Source: an uncultured Gemmatimonadales bacterium
GTDB taxonomy: Bacteria > Gemmatimonadota > Gemmatimonadetes > Gemmatimonadales > GWC2-71-9
Direction: 5' to 3'
Assembly (NCBI GenBank): GCA_963695555.1
Contig: CAVOGR010000007.1
Span: 576,001-640,000 of the forward strand
DNA length: 64,000 bases
Below, in pieces: positions 36,218 through 46,992 of the stretch. A program made the translations under genes and the position numbers. The notes below the pieces were generated by a model, which was given only the letters and a program-made list of their open reading frames with translations, was not told where the DNA came from and searched no databases. How positions within the stretch are numbered: position 1 is the first letter of the stretch; every line of letters starts with the position of its first letter.

Positions 36218-37399
36218 CTAGTTGAGGGGAAAGACCTGGGCCCACGGCCTCTCGGCCAGCGGGCGGGCGATGCCGGCCTGCCGGAGGGCCCGGGTGAGGG
36301 CGCACGAGGAGTACTGAATCACGGCCGAGCCGCCCGTATGGGACCGGATCGCGCTGTCTCCCTGGGCCATCACCGCCCCATGGAGGCTGGGGCTGACCTC
36401 CGCCTCGAACCGGCCCAGCGTAACGACCAAGCCGTAGAACTCCGCCGACCCGCGGACGGAGAAGTCTCCACGAACCAGCAGGATCCCTTGCCCCCGTCCG
36501 TCGGACAACTGAAAATCCCCCGGGGCGTAAATGATGGGGAAGTAGTTGAAGCAGTCGTCGAACCCCAGGCCGGTCAATGGCTCACCCCAGTTGAGCGGGT
36601 CGGCTCGATCGCAGGTGCCCGTGCCATTCAGGCTGGGGCTGGGGACGGCGCTCGCGCCCACGATCTTCTCCGCCATCGCGGCGAGTTCATCGAAGGACAC
36701 GCCGCCAAAGTCCGTGAACAGCGAGGACGTGACGGTGCTGTCCGGACTGAGAATTGGGAGCGCGGGCGGAGGGGGGGCACCAACCAGGCAGGACACCCCG
36801 CCGCAGTCGGTGCTGTCGACGACGCTGGCGGCCGAGCGAACCGCCGCCACCGTATCGACAACCCCAGGACACTCACCACCCCACCCAACCGGATCCAGAT
36901 CCACGCCCGACGCCACCGCCTGGCTGAAAAACTGCGACCCAGTACCGGTGACGAACGCCGCGCCCGGATTCACCGCCGGGATGCCCAACCGTGCCAACAG
37001 CCCCACGGTGCGCTCGGCGAGGACAGCTCCGTCCGCGTCGAGCCGCTGGCCCGTGGCCCGGACGAAGAACAGGTCGGGCGTCAGGCGCGTGACGGTGGGC
37101 ACATAGACTTGAAATGGGGCGAGCGCGACCGGAGGCAGTGTCGTGTCGGCTCCCGGCGCAAGGGTGTTGAAGGTGCCCGGGGCCCAGTTGGCCAGCACGT
37201 CGGTGGCGCCGGCTTCGGCTAGCTCGAACGACTGCTCCGCGAACATGGTGTTGAGCCCGGTGCGCTGCTCGAGACGCCCGGCAAAGAACGTCCCGGCCAC
37301 CAAGGCCCCGATGACCACCAAGGCGAACACGGCAATCGCCAGGGCGATGCCTCGTTCATCGGTAGCCACAGCCGGGCGCGCGGACCGCGCTTCGACCAT
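36218..37399 (-). CDS. PilX-like minor pilin
   Basis: ERG^IALAIAVFALVVIGALVAG prepilin-like N-terminus without E5; AEAGA; last of four minor pilins. Confidence 0.75.
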   Translation of the reverse strand: MVEARSARPAVATDERGIALAIAVFALVVIGALVAGTFFAGRLEQRTGLNTMFAEQSFELAEAGATDVLANWAPGTFNTLAPGADTTLPPVALAPFQVYVPTVTRLTPDLFFVRATGQRLDADGAVLAERTVGLLARLGIPAVNPGAAFVTGTGSQFFSQAVASGVDLDPVGWGGECPGVVDTVAAVRSAASVVDSTDCGGVSCLVGAPPPPALPILSPDSTVTSSLFTDFGGVSFDELAAMAEKIVGASAVPSPSLNGTGTCDRADPLNWGEPLTGLGFDDCFNYFPIIYAPGDFQLSDGRGQGILLVRGDFSVRGSAEFYGLVVTLGRFEAEVSPSLHGAVMAQGDSAIRSHTGGSAVIQYSSCALTRALRQAGIARPLAERPWAQVFPLN

Positions 37400-37406
37400 C
37401 ACCACC

Positions 37407-38274
37407 CTAGGGAATCGGCGCATTGCGCAAGCTCACGGTGGTCACCAGACTGTCCTGCACGTAGCCGACTGGGCCGGTCCCGGCGGGTCCGCGGATCAGT
37501 TGGTCCGTCACGCCCCGGATCGTCAACGCGGAGGGTCCGAACCTGGAACCGATTGGACGTGGGGGTGCCGGCCACGTCGAAATAGTCGAGCTCGAATCCG
37601 TTTGCAGTGAGCGGTCCGAGCACCGGCTGAAGCGAAGGTTCACCGCCACTCACCGACCGCGCGCCGAGCCAGAACTTGCCCCCCGAGGAATAGAGCCGGA
37701 GCTCCATCACTTCGAACGGCCGCACGGGCCCGCCCACGACGAGCGATCCGATCCCACCCGGCACCACCGATCCGAGATTCGCCACCCCCAACGCGATGGC
37801 GGGGTCCGTGCCGCAGGTGCTCGCGGAGTTGACGCTGGAAACCGCGAGCCGGACCCATACGTCGTCCGAGGAGATGCCGGGGGTGCGCTCAACAAAGAGG
37901 AACAGGCTGTCCCGACCCGGCACGATGGAGCGCAACCCGAAATACGGCGTGGCCGGAGCATTGGAGATGCGAATTTCGGACGCCGAGACCTGGCAAGTGA
38001 ATCCGAGCCCACGGGCCGCGCGGTAGATGATGCCGGAAGAGCCAAGCGAAAGGATATCGGACCCGCCCCCGCCAACGCCGATCTCACGCAGCTCGGATGG
38101 CACGACCAGGATTCCGGTCCGCACATTGGACTGGAGATTGACCAGTTCCGATTGGCTCCTGGTAATGCGCTGGGTATTGGCGAGGAAACCGTAGGTGACC
38201 CCTCCGATCATCCCGAGCATGACGAGGGAGACCAGGAGTTCAATGAGCGTTAGGCCCCGGGAGTTACGCACCAT
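37407..38274 (-). CDS. PilW-like minor pilin (one frameshift near 37527)
   Basis: SRG^LTLIELLVSL; reads to RFQVRTLRV, then continues in another frame as TIRGVTDQ...DSLVTTVSLRN. Confidence 0.72.
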
Positions 38275-38648
38275 CAGAAACATCGGACCACCGTGAGCAA
38301 CGTGTCGGTCACCGGCCCGTCGGCGCGAGCATAGGTTACGATGGCCAACACGGTCCGGCTGGTTCCCGCGGGAGGTACCACCCACGATTCCGTCATCCCG
38401 CGAGTGGTCACCGGCCCGCCGCTCGCAAAGGCCGGATCCAGACATGGGGGAGCCGTGGATCGGCTCGTGGCACGAAGAGTCTCGAGCCGCGACGCGGCAA
38501 CCTGTACAGCGGCACCGGTGCGCTTTCCCTGCCCGATCATGCGGGTGACCAAGCTCGAGGAGCCCACCAGGGCGATCACGCCAACCGACAGAATCACCAA
38601 CGCAATCATGACCTCGACCAGGGTGAACCCCGAGCGGCTCGAAGTCAT
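38274..38648 (-). CDS. PilV-like minor pilin
   Basis: RSG^FTLVEVMIALVILSVG prepilin motif. Confidence 0.8.
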   Translation of the reverse strand: MTSSRSGFTLVEVMIALVILSVGVIALVGSSSLVTRMIGQGKRTGAAVQVAASRLETLRATSRSTAPPCLDPAFASGGPVTTRGMTESWVVPPAGTSRTVLAIVTYARADGPVTDTLLTVVRCF

Positions 38649-39088
38649 TGCGCGATAACCCTCCCGAATCCGCTGATTTCCACTGTGTCGGCCTCACTCT
38701 CCCGGGTCAGGGCGATGGTGGTGGTGCTCGTTCCCGCTCCCATGCCCAGTCCCCGCGCATCGAGCCAGAGCACCGAATCCGACGTGGCCACACTCACCCC
38801 GAACTGCGCATGCAGATCGACGCCGCCAAGAGTGTCGGACACGCCGCCGCCGCGCTCGGCGGTGACGAAGGCGGTGTTGCCGCTGAAGCGTAACGCGGTC
38901 CGTCGGTTTCCCTGTACCGCCGTCGCCCGGGCCTGGGCGTAAAGTGTGACGACCGTTGTACGCGCCCCCCGAATGGAGTTGCCCCGGAGGCCTCGCCGCA
39001 CCGAGGGGTATGCCATCAGGGCCAAGACGCCGATGATGACAAAGACCACCAGGAGCTCGAGCACGCTGTACCCGGTCCGATTCCTCAC
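38645..39088 (-). CDS. FimT/FimU (GspH)-like minor pilin
   Basis: RTG^YSVLELLVV...YP; AQARATAV; ISGFGRV C-terminus; AAGGAG RBS. Confidence 0.8.
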   Translation of the reverse strand: MRNRTGYSVLELLVVFVIIGVLALMAYPSVRRGLRGNSIRGARTTVVTLYAQARATAVQGNRRTALRFSGNTAFVTAERGGGVSDTLGGVDLHAQFGVSVATSDSVLWLDARGLGMGAGTSTTTIALTRESEADTVEISGFGRVIAQ

Positions 39089-39270
39089 CCAGTCACTCCT
39101 TCAATTGATCGTGAGCCGCCCGGCGATCCGGCAGGCAAAGCAGGCCCTCGGTCCCCCGAAATCAGGGCCGGAGGGCCAGGGCATAGCTCAATTGTGCGGG
39201 AGGAATCGAAAGAACGCAACTCGGCGCCGCGGAGCCCTCCGGGAGGGCCTGGCCCAGGCGCTCGTCGGGC

Positions 39271-40683
39271 CTACTCCAGCCCGTAGCGGCGGAGTTTGTA
39301 GAACAGGGTCCGCAAGCTCACGCCGAGGAGTTGGGCCGCCTCGCGCCGATTGCCGGAGGCGGCGGCCAGCGCGCGCCGGATGGCGTTTCGCTCAAAGGAT
39401 TCGACTTGCGGCTTGAGCTTGAGGGTCGGGCCGCCGACCCCCGTCTCGCTGTTGCCCCCTCCGCCGCCACCGTCGCGACCAGGGCCCGTCAAGCCGAAGT
39501 CACTGCGATCCAGCCGACCGGTCGGGCTCAAGGCCGCCGCGCGTTCCACTTCGTGTCTGAGCTCGCGGACATTGCCAGGCCAGGGATAGGCCGTGAGGAG
39601 GGAAAGCGCCTGTGGGGTCAGGCTGATGGGCCGTCCCAGGCTCCCGGCCGCCTGCTGGGCAAAGTGCGCCAACAGTCCGGGAATGTCCTCGGGCCGCTCG
39701 CGTAGCGGTGGGAGCTTGATGTGTGCCGCACGCAGCCGCTGATGGAGCTGGTCGAGGAACTGGCCCCGCTCGACCTCGGCAGCCAAGGACTTGGTGCTGG
39801 TGCCGATTACCCGGGCATCGCGAGCGCGGGTAAAGTCGCCGTTGGCCCGTCCCGCCGCTCGATCGTCGATGGCGCTGAGCACGTGCTCTTGCAGGCGCAG
39901 CGGCAGGGCGGTGATTTCTTCGAAGAGGACCGTGCCCCCGGCCGCCCGCACGAAGATGCAGCAATTCGGTTGGCGGCCTGACGCCGAAGCCGGGGCATCC
40001 CCAAAGAACTCGGTCTCGAGCAACTGCTCTGGAATAGCGTCACACGGCACCCCAATGACGGGGGCGTGCTTGCGACAGGACATCCGGTGGATGGCTCGGG
40101 CGAGCACTTCCTTTCCGGTACCGGTTTCCCCGGTGATCAGGACGGGCGCATCGTGTGCGGCCAGGGTCGCCGCCATGTCGAGCGCCGCGCGCATGGCCGC
40201 GCTTTCGGCCACGATCTCGCCGTTGAGCATGTGCGCGCCGAGTGATTCCCTGAGCGTTTGGACTTCACGACGCAACTGCTCGTGCTCCGCGGCGCGGCGG
40301 GCGACGAGCCGCAGCTCGTCGGGGCGGATCGGCACGGGAAGGACGCCATAGGCACCCTCCCGCATGGCGGCCAGTCCGGCATCATCTGCCCCGTGTCCGG
40401 CGAGGACAATGACGAGCCCGGCCCGGCCGGCTTCGCGGAACCGCTGGAGGAACTCGACCGCGTCCATGGTTGGCAAGTGGGCCGGCAAGAGCACGACGTG
40501 CGGCCGCTCGGATTGGGCCCGGGCCAGGCCGCGCCCGGCATCGGCCGCCGCATCGACGGTGAAGCCGGTGTCCTCGAGTGGTTGCCGGATCGCAGCCGTA
40601 AGCCCGGCGTCGCCCCCCACGATGAGGGCGCGCAGGGCCCCTTCGGGACCGGTCTCGTTAGTTGATTGACTGCCGAGCTGCAT
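39271..40683 (-). CDS. Degenerate sigma-54-type regulator (no GAFTGA, no phospho-Asp; HTH intact)
   Basis: [16 protein letters not shown] and GNRREAAQLLGVSLRTLFYKL retained; GAFTGA loop replaced by DAPASASG; Walker B reads FEEI. Confidence 0.75.
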   Translation of the reverse strand: MQLGSQSTNETGPEGALRALIVGGDAGLTAAIRQPLEDTGFTVDAAADAGRGLARAQSERPHVVLLPAHLPTMDAVEFLQRFREAGRAGLVIVLAGHGADDAGLAAMREGAYGVLPVPIRPDELRLVARRAAEHEQLRREVQTLRESLGAHMLNGEIVAESAAMRAALDMAATLAAHDAPVLITGETGTGKEVLARAIHRMSCRKHAPVIGVPCDAIPEQLLETEFFGDAPASASGRQPNCCIFVRAAGGTVLFEEITALPLRLQEHVLSAIDDRAAGRANGDFTRARDARVIGTSTKSLAAEVERGQFLDQLHQRLRAAHIKLPPLRERPEDIPGLLAHFAQQAAGSLGRPISLTPQALSLLTAYPWPGNVRELRHEVERAAALSPTGRLDRSDFGLTGPGRDGGGGGGNSETGVGGPTLKLKPQVESFERNAIRRALAAASGNRREAAQLLGVSLRTLFYKLRRYGLE

Positions 40684-41138
40684 TGCCTATTGCGCCAGGT
40701 AGATTGCGGAAATCATGCACCCCGACCGGCCTGGGCGACCCAGGAGTCGTCTTGGTCGAACTTCCAGCCTTCTGATGGGTGAGCCTGTAGCAATTGTTCT
40801 GCCATTTCTTGCATCCGATCGCCCAACTCGTCGAACTCCCGCGTGCCCAAAGGCTCGGCACTCCCGGCTGGCTGACCAGCCGCGGCCCGGTCGGCCAGCG
40901 ACCGGAGCCGACCCAAGGGATCGAGCACCGCATGGCGCACCAAGTAGGCGCCAAAGCCGGAGAAGACGGCGGTTCCGCCGGCCCAGAGCACGAGCATGGC
41001 GGCGAAGGCCCGGTCGGGGTCGAGCCGGCTCAGCATCAGCGTGGTCACGCCGACCACCATCATCGCGGCCGAGGCGAGGAAGACCAGATTGAACAGGAGC
41101 TCGGTGTGGATGGAGCGCTGCTGACTGGGTGCGGGCAT
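40658..41138 (-). pseudogene. Truncated sensor histidine kinase remnant (2 TM + HAMP; out-of-frame H-box relic)
   Basis: 141-aa ORF with two TM helices and HAMP-like VLDPLGRL...EFDELG; alternative frame near 40730-40680 reads GVHDFRNLPGAIGN; no HATPase domain. Confidence 0.5.
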
Positions 41139-41239
41139 GTGCCGTCCTCCGATCGCGCCGTAAACAAGTGCCAAGAAAACGGGCGATCGCAGGGCTCTGG
41201 CCCCCGTCGCCCGGTTACACGCTCAAGCAACCCCCGGCC

Positions 41240-41698
41240 CTAGGGAGTGCACTTCACCTCTCCCTCGACCGTTGCCAAGTTGAACGGACCACCGTTCCCG
41301 ACGTAGATGTAGCAAATGGCCGCCGTAAGCGTGTGCGTTGCCGTGGCGGCCCAGCCGGCATTGGTAACGTTAGCCAACGCGATGCTCACGTTTTGGGTCG
41401 GCTGGAAGTTGAACAACACCGGATCCGGCACGGGGCCGTTGTAGTAGGTGGCAGTCTCGAAGAAGACCGTCTCCTGCAGTGTGGCGATGTTGCGCAGGTC
41501 GGACTTCATGGCCGCGATGAACGTCTTGCCCTTGGTGTTGGCAAACTTGGGGATGGCGATCGCCGCGAGGAGCCCGATGATCACGACCACGATCAACAGC
41601 TCGATGAGCGTGAAGCCCCGTCGACCTGCGCGCCGGCCCAGCTCAGCCGAAGCCGGCTGGGATCGCGGGTCGCGCTTGGGTTCGATTGGCAGACTCAT
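41240..41698 (-). CDS. Type IV pilin (paralog of the adjacent major pilin)
   Basis: RRG^FTLIELLIVVVIIGLLAAIAIPKFANTK; C-terminal Cys pair. Confidence 0.85.
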   Translation of the reverse strand: MSLPIEPKRDPRSQPASAELGRRAGRRGFTLIELLIVVVIIGLLAAIAIPKFANTKGKTFIAAMKSDLRNIATLQETVFFETATYYNGPVPDPVLFNFQPTQNVSIALANVTNAGWAATATHTLTAAICYIYVGNGGPFNLATVEGEVKCTP

Positions 41699-41794
41699 CG
41701 GTGACTCCATTTCGACCGCTGGGAAGATGTGAAAGGGGCGGCGGAACAACCCGCCGCCCGATTCAGTTCCACCTGCGTCCTACTCAGGCAACCC

Positions 41795-42232
41795 TTAGTA
41801 ACACTTCGGGGCGCCTTCGGTGTCCGTCGCAGCCAGACCGGCACCACCGGCATACGTGGCAGGATCGCCCACGAAGATGCCGCACACGTCGTTGGCGGCG
41901 CTGGTAACGGCGGGGTTCGTGATAGTCGCATTCCAACCAGCGGCATCAACGTAGTTCAACGTGAGCGCGTTCCCGGTGGTCGGCGAAAAGGCCACCGTAC
42001 CGGCACCCGCCACACCGTTGATCTGCGCCACGCCGAACGCGCCGGCATAGTCGTTGTTGTCGGAGAAGAAGCCTTCATTCGCGGTCACCATATTCCGCAG
42101 ATCCGACTTCATCGATGCAACAACGGCCTTCTCCTTCGTGTTCGCGAACTTCGGAATTGCGATCGCGGCCAAGATGCCGATGATCACGACTACGATCAGC
42201 AACTCGATCAGGGTGAATCCCTTGCGGTTCAT
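41795..42232 (-). CDS. pilA: Major type IVa pilin
   Basis: MNRKG^FTLIELLIVVVIIGILAAIAIPKF; GGAGG RBS; own sigma-54 promoter; directly downstream of pilR. Confidence 0.88.
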   Translation of the reverse strand: MNRKGFTLIELLIVVVIIGILAAIAIPKFANTKEKAVVASMKSDLRNMVTANEGFFSDNNDYAGAFGVAQINGVAGAGTVAFSPTTGNALTLNYVDAAGWNATITNPAVTSAANDVCGIFVGDPATYAGGAGLAATDTEGAPKCY

Positions 42233-42317
42233 GGTACTTCCTCCAGTTGAGATAACTTTCATCACCACGTTCGTCGGGTAGCCAAACCCATTGGGACCTA
42301 TTCCCGCGATGGTAATG

Positions 42318-42333
42318 AGCAACGAGTGTGCCA
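42318..42333 (-). promoter_or_regulatory. Sigma-54 (-24/-12) promoter of the major pilin
   Basis: Minus strand TGGCACACTCGTTGCT, a full match to TGGCAC-N5-TTGC. Confidence 0.85.
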
Positions 42334-42350
42334 GGGGTGGGGCTGATGAT

Positions 42351-42377
42351 CTAAGTCATTAGGATATAACGACTTAG
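42351..42377. promoter_or_regulatory. AT-rich inverted repeat, IHF-like site upstream of the pilin promoter
   Basis: CTAAGTC-N13-GACTTAG containing ATATAACGACTTA, similar to WATCAANNNNTTR. Confidence 0.5.
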
Positions 42378-42484
42378 GGTGTCATTGAGCAGGACAATCC
42401 GATCCGCTTTTTCGGGCGTTAACCCCGGATTTTGCAAGACAAGCGATAACAGGGGGCCTGCGGACTGCGAGGGGAGGCCGAGCG

Positions 42485-43870
42485 CTATTCCTTGGCCAGC
42501 TCCGCCGCCTGCTCTTCGTAGCGGCTCAGCTTGCGATAGAGGGTGGATGGATCGATGCCGAGGGCTTCGGCCGCGCGGGTCTTGTTGCCCCCCTCCGCCT
42601 GGAGCACGTACATGATGTAGGCCCGCTCGATCACGTCGAGCGTGGGGTTGCGGAAGGACCGCTCCGCGACCAGCGGCTCCTTGCGGCGCCGGGTGATGCG
42701 CTCCGGCAAGGCGGTCGGCTCGATCAGGTTCCCGCGGGTCAGCACCACGGCGTGCTCTAGCGCGTTTTCGAGCTCACGAACATTACCCGGCCAGTCGTAG
42801 ACCAGCATGGCATCGAGCGCGTCGGCAGACAGCGCCTTCGGCTCCCCGTCACCCTCGTTCGCCACCCGCTGGAGAAACCACTCGATCAGCAGCAGGAGAT
42901 CGTCACGCCGTTCGCGCAGCTGCGGAAGGTGGAGCGCGATCACGTTGAGCCGGTAGAACAGGTCGGAGCGGAAATTGCCGCGGCGCACTTCTTCTTCGAG
43001 GTCGCGATTAGTCGCGGCAATGATCCGCACGTCCACCGGGATGGCCTCGGTGGCTCCCACAGGAATGACCTCGCGCTCCTGCAATACCCTGAGAAGCTTG
43101 ATCTGAAGCGACGGGGGCATCTCGCCCACCTCGTCGAGGAAGAACGTCCCCCCGCGTGCCGCGGCGAAGAGTCCCTGCTTGTCGCGGACCGCCCCGGTGA
43201 ACGATCCCTTGACGTGCCCGAACAACTCGCTCTCCAGCAGGTTCTCGGGCAGGGCCCCGCAGTTGATCGACAGGAACGGCCCGTCGGTCCGAATTGAGAG
43301 ATTGTGCAGGTAGCGGGCGACGACCTCCTTGCCGGTCCCGCTCTCGCCCTGAATCAAGACCGTGGAGTCGGTCGGCGCGATCTGTTCGGCCAGCTTGAGC
43401 ACATCGATGAACCGCTTCGACTTGCCGATCGGGCGTGAGTGACTGCTCCGGTCGCGACGCTGGATTTCCTGTTTGAGCTGTTTGTTCTCGACTCGGACCT
43501 GGCGGAATTCGCAGGCCCGGCGGAGAATGGCCACCAACTCGTCGTTGGCAAACGGCTTCTGCAGGTAGTAGTAGGCCCCTTGGTTGACGGCGCTGATGGC
43601 AGTCTGAAGCGATGCCTGAGCGGTCATCAGGATCACGGGCGTCATGGGATCCTGCTCGCGCGAGGCCTGGAGGATGTCGATGCCCGTGACCTGGGGCATG
43701 CGAACGTCCGACAGGATGAGGTCGTGCACTCCCGCGCGGATCTGGTCCAGTCCGGCCTTGCCACCTTGGGCGGTGACGACCTCGAAGCCTTCCTTCTTCA
43801 GGAGGATCCGGAGCGTGTCCAGAATTGCGGACTCGTCGTCGATCACCAACACGGACGGCTTTTGGCTCAT
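42485..43870 (-). CDS. pilR: Sigma-54-dependent response regulator, PilR-like
   Basis: [16 protein letters not shown] (Asp intact), [14 protein letters not shown] and HTH; lies between the sensor kinase and the pilin. Confidence 0.8.
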   Translation of the reverse strand: MSQKPSVLVIDDESAILDTLRILLKKEGFEVVTAQGGKAGLDQIRAGVHDLILSDVRMPQVTGIDILQASREQDPMTPVILMTAQASLQTAISAVNQGAYYYLQKPFANDELVAILRRACEFRQVRVENKQLKQEIQRRDRSSHSRPIGKSKRFIDVLKLAEQIAPTDSTVLIQGESGTGKEVVARYLHNLSIRTDGPFLSINCGALPENLLESELFGHVKGSFTGAVRDKQGLFAAARGGTFFLDEVGEMPPSLQIKLLRVLQEREVIPVGATEAIPVDVRIIAATNRDLEEEVRRGNFRSDLFYRLNVIALHLPQLRERRDDLLLLIEWFLQRVANEGDGEPKALSADALDAMLVYDWPGNVRELENALEHAVVLTRGNLIEPTALPERITRRRKEPLVAERSFRNPTLDVIERAYIMYVLQAEGGNKTRAAEALGIDPSTLYRKLSRYEEQAAELAKE

Positions 43871-45567
43871 GCAGCAGCGTCCTCCACCTTGCGTTGTGCC
43901 GGAAGGAAAATAGTAAAGGTCGTCCCGACTCCGGCCTGGGTATCGACGAGCACCAACCCCCGGTGGGCCTCGACCGCCCGCTGGACGATGGCCAGCCCCA
44001 GCCCGGTGCCGCCTTTCCGGCCCGTCACGAACGGCTGGAAGATACGGTCGAGGACGGCCGAAGGGATCCCCGGCCCGTCGTCTTCCACCTGGATGCGGAC
44101 CGGCTGTTCGATACCGCTCCCAATCGGGAGGTCCGCGGCATGACCGGCGCCGAAGCTGACCCGGATATGCACAGGACCCGTGGCGGCTTGCGCGGCATTC
44201 AGGAGGAGATTGGCCACGATCCGGTGCAGCAGGTCCTCGTCCGCTTGTACGAAGGTCGGCTCGCCCTCGATGACGATCTTCGCGTCGCCCACATCGGGGT
44301 GGGCTTGAACCAACCGCGAAGCGGCCTCGACGACCGACCGCAGATCCACGTCCTGGGACTGCGTCACCCGTACCCTGGAGAAATCGAGAAACTCACTGAG
44401 CAGCCGCGTCAGCCGGTCGGTCTCCCGCACGATGAGATCGGCCAGCACTTGATCGTCCTCGTCGGCGTGAGCGGTCTTCGCCAGTTGCTCCACCGAGCTC
44501 CGAATGGAGGATAACGGGTTCCGAATCTCATGGGCCAACGAGGCGCTCAACGCCGCGACGGCTTCCAGTCGCTCGGCCCGACGATGCAGCTCCTCGAGTC
44601 GCTTGGAGGCCGAGATGTCCGTGAAAAGGGCCGTGACCGACTGGCCCGCGCCCGTACCGCGCGCGAAGGTGGTCGTCGTGAGACCGATTGGGAACCTGCT
44701 CCCGTCCAGCCGGGTAATTGCCCCTTCGCCACGGCTCACCCTCTCACCGCTTCGCGCCCCCGCCTCGAGCGCGGCCCACAATTCAGCCGAGCGCCGTTTT
44801 AGGACATCGAGAAACGGTCGGCCCAACATCACCGCCGCATTCACCTGGAGCAATTGCTCCGCCATCGGGTTGATGAAGGCCAACCGCCCCGTGCTGTCCA
44901 CCGTCAGAACGCCGGATCGGATGTTGTATAGGATTTCATCCGCTTCGAGCTTGATCCGGCGCAGCTCGCTCTCGAGGGACATCTGCTCGGCCCCGGCCTG
45001 CCGCAGCCGGGTACCGAGTGCCGAGATGATGGCGTACACCGCCAGAAACACGGTCACCTGACCCCACACGCCAAGATCGGGCATGCGCGGCGTGGGCCAC
45101 ATGACTTCTGCCAGGTACAGCGACGAGGCCAGGAGAGCAACGAGAAATCCCGGCAGCGGGGGCATCAGCACGGCATAGGCCGCGATCAGAACGACGTAGA
45201 GCGCCGTTGCGGGGCTCTCGCCACCGCCCGAGGAATAGACCAGGGTGGCCACCAAGCCGAGGTCGACCAGCGCCTGGACGAAGAGGAAGAACAACCCCGG
45301 CTGCGCGCCTCGCACCCACACCAGCCACCAGGAGTACGCGGTGACGGTGAAGCCGATGAGCACCACGACGCTGACGAGAAACGACGCGTCCGGCGCGCGC
45401 GTCCAGAGCACGGCTGCGCTCAACAACGCGGCCACCGCGAGGACCATCCGGGCCGCGAAGAGCCAGGACATCATGGTGCGTTGGCTGGGCAGCGTCCGGC
45501 CTGTCCCGGCGGAGTGCGGGCCAGGAGACGCTGGCTCAGCCACCGGCGTGGATTGCTCAGATGTCAT
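43867..45567 (-). CDS. pilS: Membrane sensor histidine kinase with PAS, PilS-like
   Basis: About six TM helices; PAS; LAHEIRNPL H-box; NLLLNA, DDGPGI, FQPFVT and GTGLGL boxes. Confidence 0.82.
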   Translation of the reverse strand: MTSEQSTPVAEPASPGPHSAGTGRTLPSQRTMMSWLFAARMVLAVAALLSAAVLWTRAPDASFLVSVVVLIGFTVTAYSWWLVWVRGAQPGLFFLFVQALVDLGLVATLVYSSGGGESPATALYVVLIAAYAVLMPPLPGFLVALLASSLYLAEVMWPTPRMPDLGVWGQVTVFLAVYAIISALGTRLRQAGAEQMSLESELRRIKLEADEILYNIRSGVLTVDSTGRLAFINPMAEQLLQVNAAVMLGRPFLDVLKRRSAELWAALEAGARSGERVSRGEGAITRLDGSRFPIGLTTTTFARGTGAGQSVTALFTDISASKRLEELHRRAERLEAVAALSASLAHEIRNPLSSIRSSVEQLAKTAHADEDDQVLADLIVRETDRLTRLLSEFLDFSRVRVTQSQDVDLRSVVEAASRLVQAHPDVGDAKIVIEGEPTFVQADEDLLHRIVANLLLNAAQAATGPVHIRVSFGAGHAADLPIGSGIEQPVRIQVEDDGPGIPSAVLDRIFQPFVTGRKGGTGLGLAIVQRAVEAHRGLVLVDTQAGVGTTFTIFLPAQRKVEDAAA

Positions 45568-45664
45568 GTACCCTCGGAGGCAGGGAGCAGGCCCGCGGCA
45601 GTCCGCCGGTCACCCGGAGTGCATAATAGGAAGGGCGCGCCGCGGCGGGCAAGCGAGGCAAAGG

Positions 45665-46315
45665 CTACCACGCGGCCAATTGCCGCAGTACATCGGCGTC
45701 GAGACGATGCCCGCCGTTGAACGTGATGACGTCGTGCTGGATGCCGAAGGACGCAAATCTCGCGATCTCCTTCTTCAAGGCGTCACTCTCCACATAGCTG
45801 TCCTTCGTTCCCACCACCACGGTGAACCGGATCCGGGCCAACTGTTCCCTGGCACTCCTCATCTCGTCATCCGGCAGCAGTGGCCCTCCCCAGAGCACGA
45901 TCCGATCGGGCCGCACCTGACCGTGCGCCGCCCAACGGCACACCGTGGCCGTTCCCTGGGAGAAGCCCAGGGCGGTCAGCCGCAGCCCGTCCTGGTGCGT
46001 CTTGGCGAGGATATGATGGTAGAGTGCATCGAGGAAGCCGACATGGTCCACGATCTCATGTGTCCTAGCTTCACGGGTCATCCAACTCGCGCCGACGGGC
46101 CCGCTCTGGCCCTGGAGGTAGAAACGCGACAGGCCTTCCGGAGCCACAATGAGCCGCCCGGGAGCCCTGAGCGACTCGAACTCCATCACAAAGTTGGCCG
46201 CGAGCTGGCCATACCCGTGGCACACCATCCAGCAGTCCCGGACGGAATCATCGAGCGTACCGAGGGTGGCGTAGCGAGCCGTGCGGGGAACTGGAAGAGT
46301 CCACTCAGACGGCAT
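45665..46315 (-). CDS. Phospholipase/carboxylesterase-family alpha/beta hydrolase
   Basis: HGYGQ, GFSQG nucleophile elbow, GTKD, FNGGH. Confidence 0.85.
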   Translation of the reverse strand: MPSEWTLPVPRTARYATLGTLDDSVRDCWMVCHGYGQLAANFVMEFESLRAPGRLIVAPEGLSRFYLQGQSGPVGASWMTREARTHEIVDHVGFLDALYHHILAKTHQDGLRLTALGFSQGTATVCRWAAHGQVRPDRIVLWGGPLLPDDEMRSAREQLARIRFTVVVGTKDSYVESDALKKEIARFASFGIQHDVITFNGGHRLDADVLRQLAAW

Positions 46316-46454
46316 GTCCGAACTCCGGATTGGGTAGGGCAGCACCTCCATCACCGCGCTTGGTGGCGCAGCCACATGGCAAAGATAGAGGGGTTGACCC
46401 GAAGTCGAGCGGCCGGCAGCTTCCCGGACAGTTCACTCACATGGAGCATGTGAC

Positions 46455-46919
46455 ATGCATCGTCTCATGGTCTTGGCATGCCTGGGCGTAGTGGCCGCCC
46501 CAGCGGCGGCCGCCGCCCAATCAGCCGAATCGGACGTCATGACGGTCATCACCGGCCTGTTCGACGGCATGCGGGCAGGCGACAGCGCCGCCGTTCGTGC
46601 GGCCTTCGCCCCGGACGCCCGCCTCATGACGGCGTTCGAACGTGACGGCATTCCGACACTTCGGGCCGGGTCCCTCGAGCAATTCATCGCCCTGGTCGGG
46701 AGCCCCCATGACGACATCTGGGACGAGCGAATCTGGGGGACCGACGTGCGGATCGACGGTCGGCTCGCGACCGTGTGGACCAACTACGCCTTCTACCTCG
46801 GCGAGAAATTCAGCCACTGCGGGGTCGACGCGTTCCAGCTGTTCCACGGCGCGGCAGGTTGGCAGATCGTGCACCTGATCGATACCCGACGCACCGAAGG
46901 CTGTACCACCGACCGATGA
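46455..46919 (+). CDS. Secreted NTF2/SnoaL-like protein
   Basis: Signal peptide; LFDGMRAGDSAAVRAAF...ATVWTNYAFY...SHCGVDAFQL...WQIVHLIDTRR. Confidence 0.8.
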   Translation: MHRLMVLACLGVVAAPAAAAAQSAESDVMTVITGLFDGMRAGDSAAVRAAFAPDARLMTAFERDGIPTLRAGSLEQFIALVGSPHDDIWDERIWGTDVRIDGRLATVWTNYAFYLGEKFSHCGVDAFQLFHGAAGWQIVHLIDTRRTEGCTTDR

Positions 46920-46992
46920 TCGATCGCGATCCGGATCGCGCCGGGCCGCGAACGGTGCTATCCTTGGTGCGACCCTATCCCCGAACGGACCG

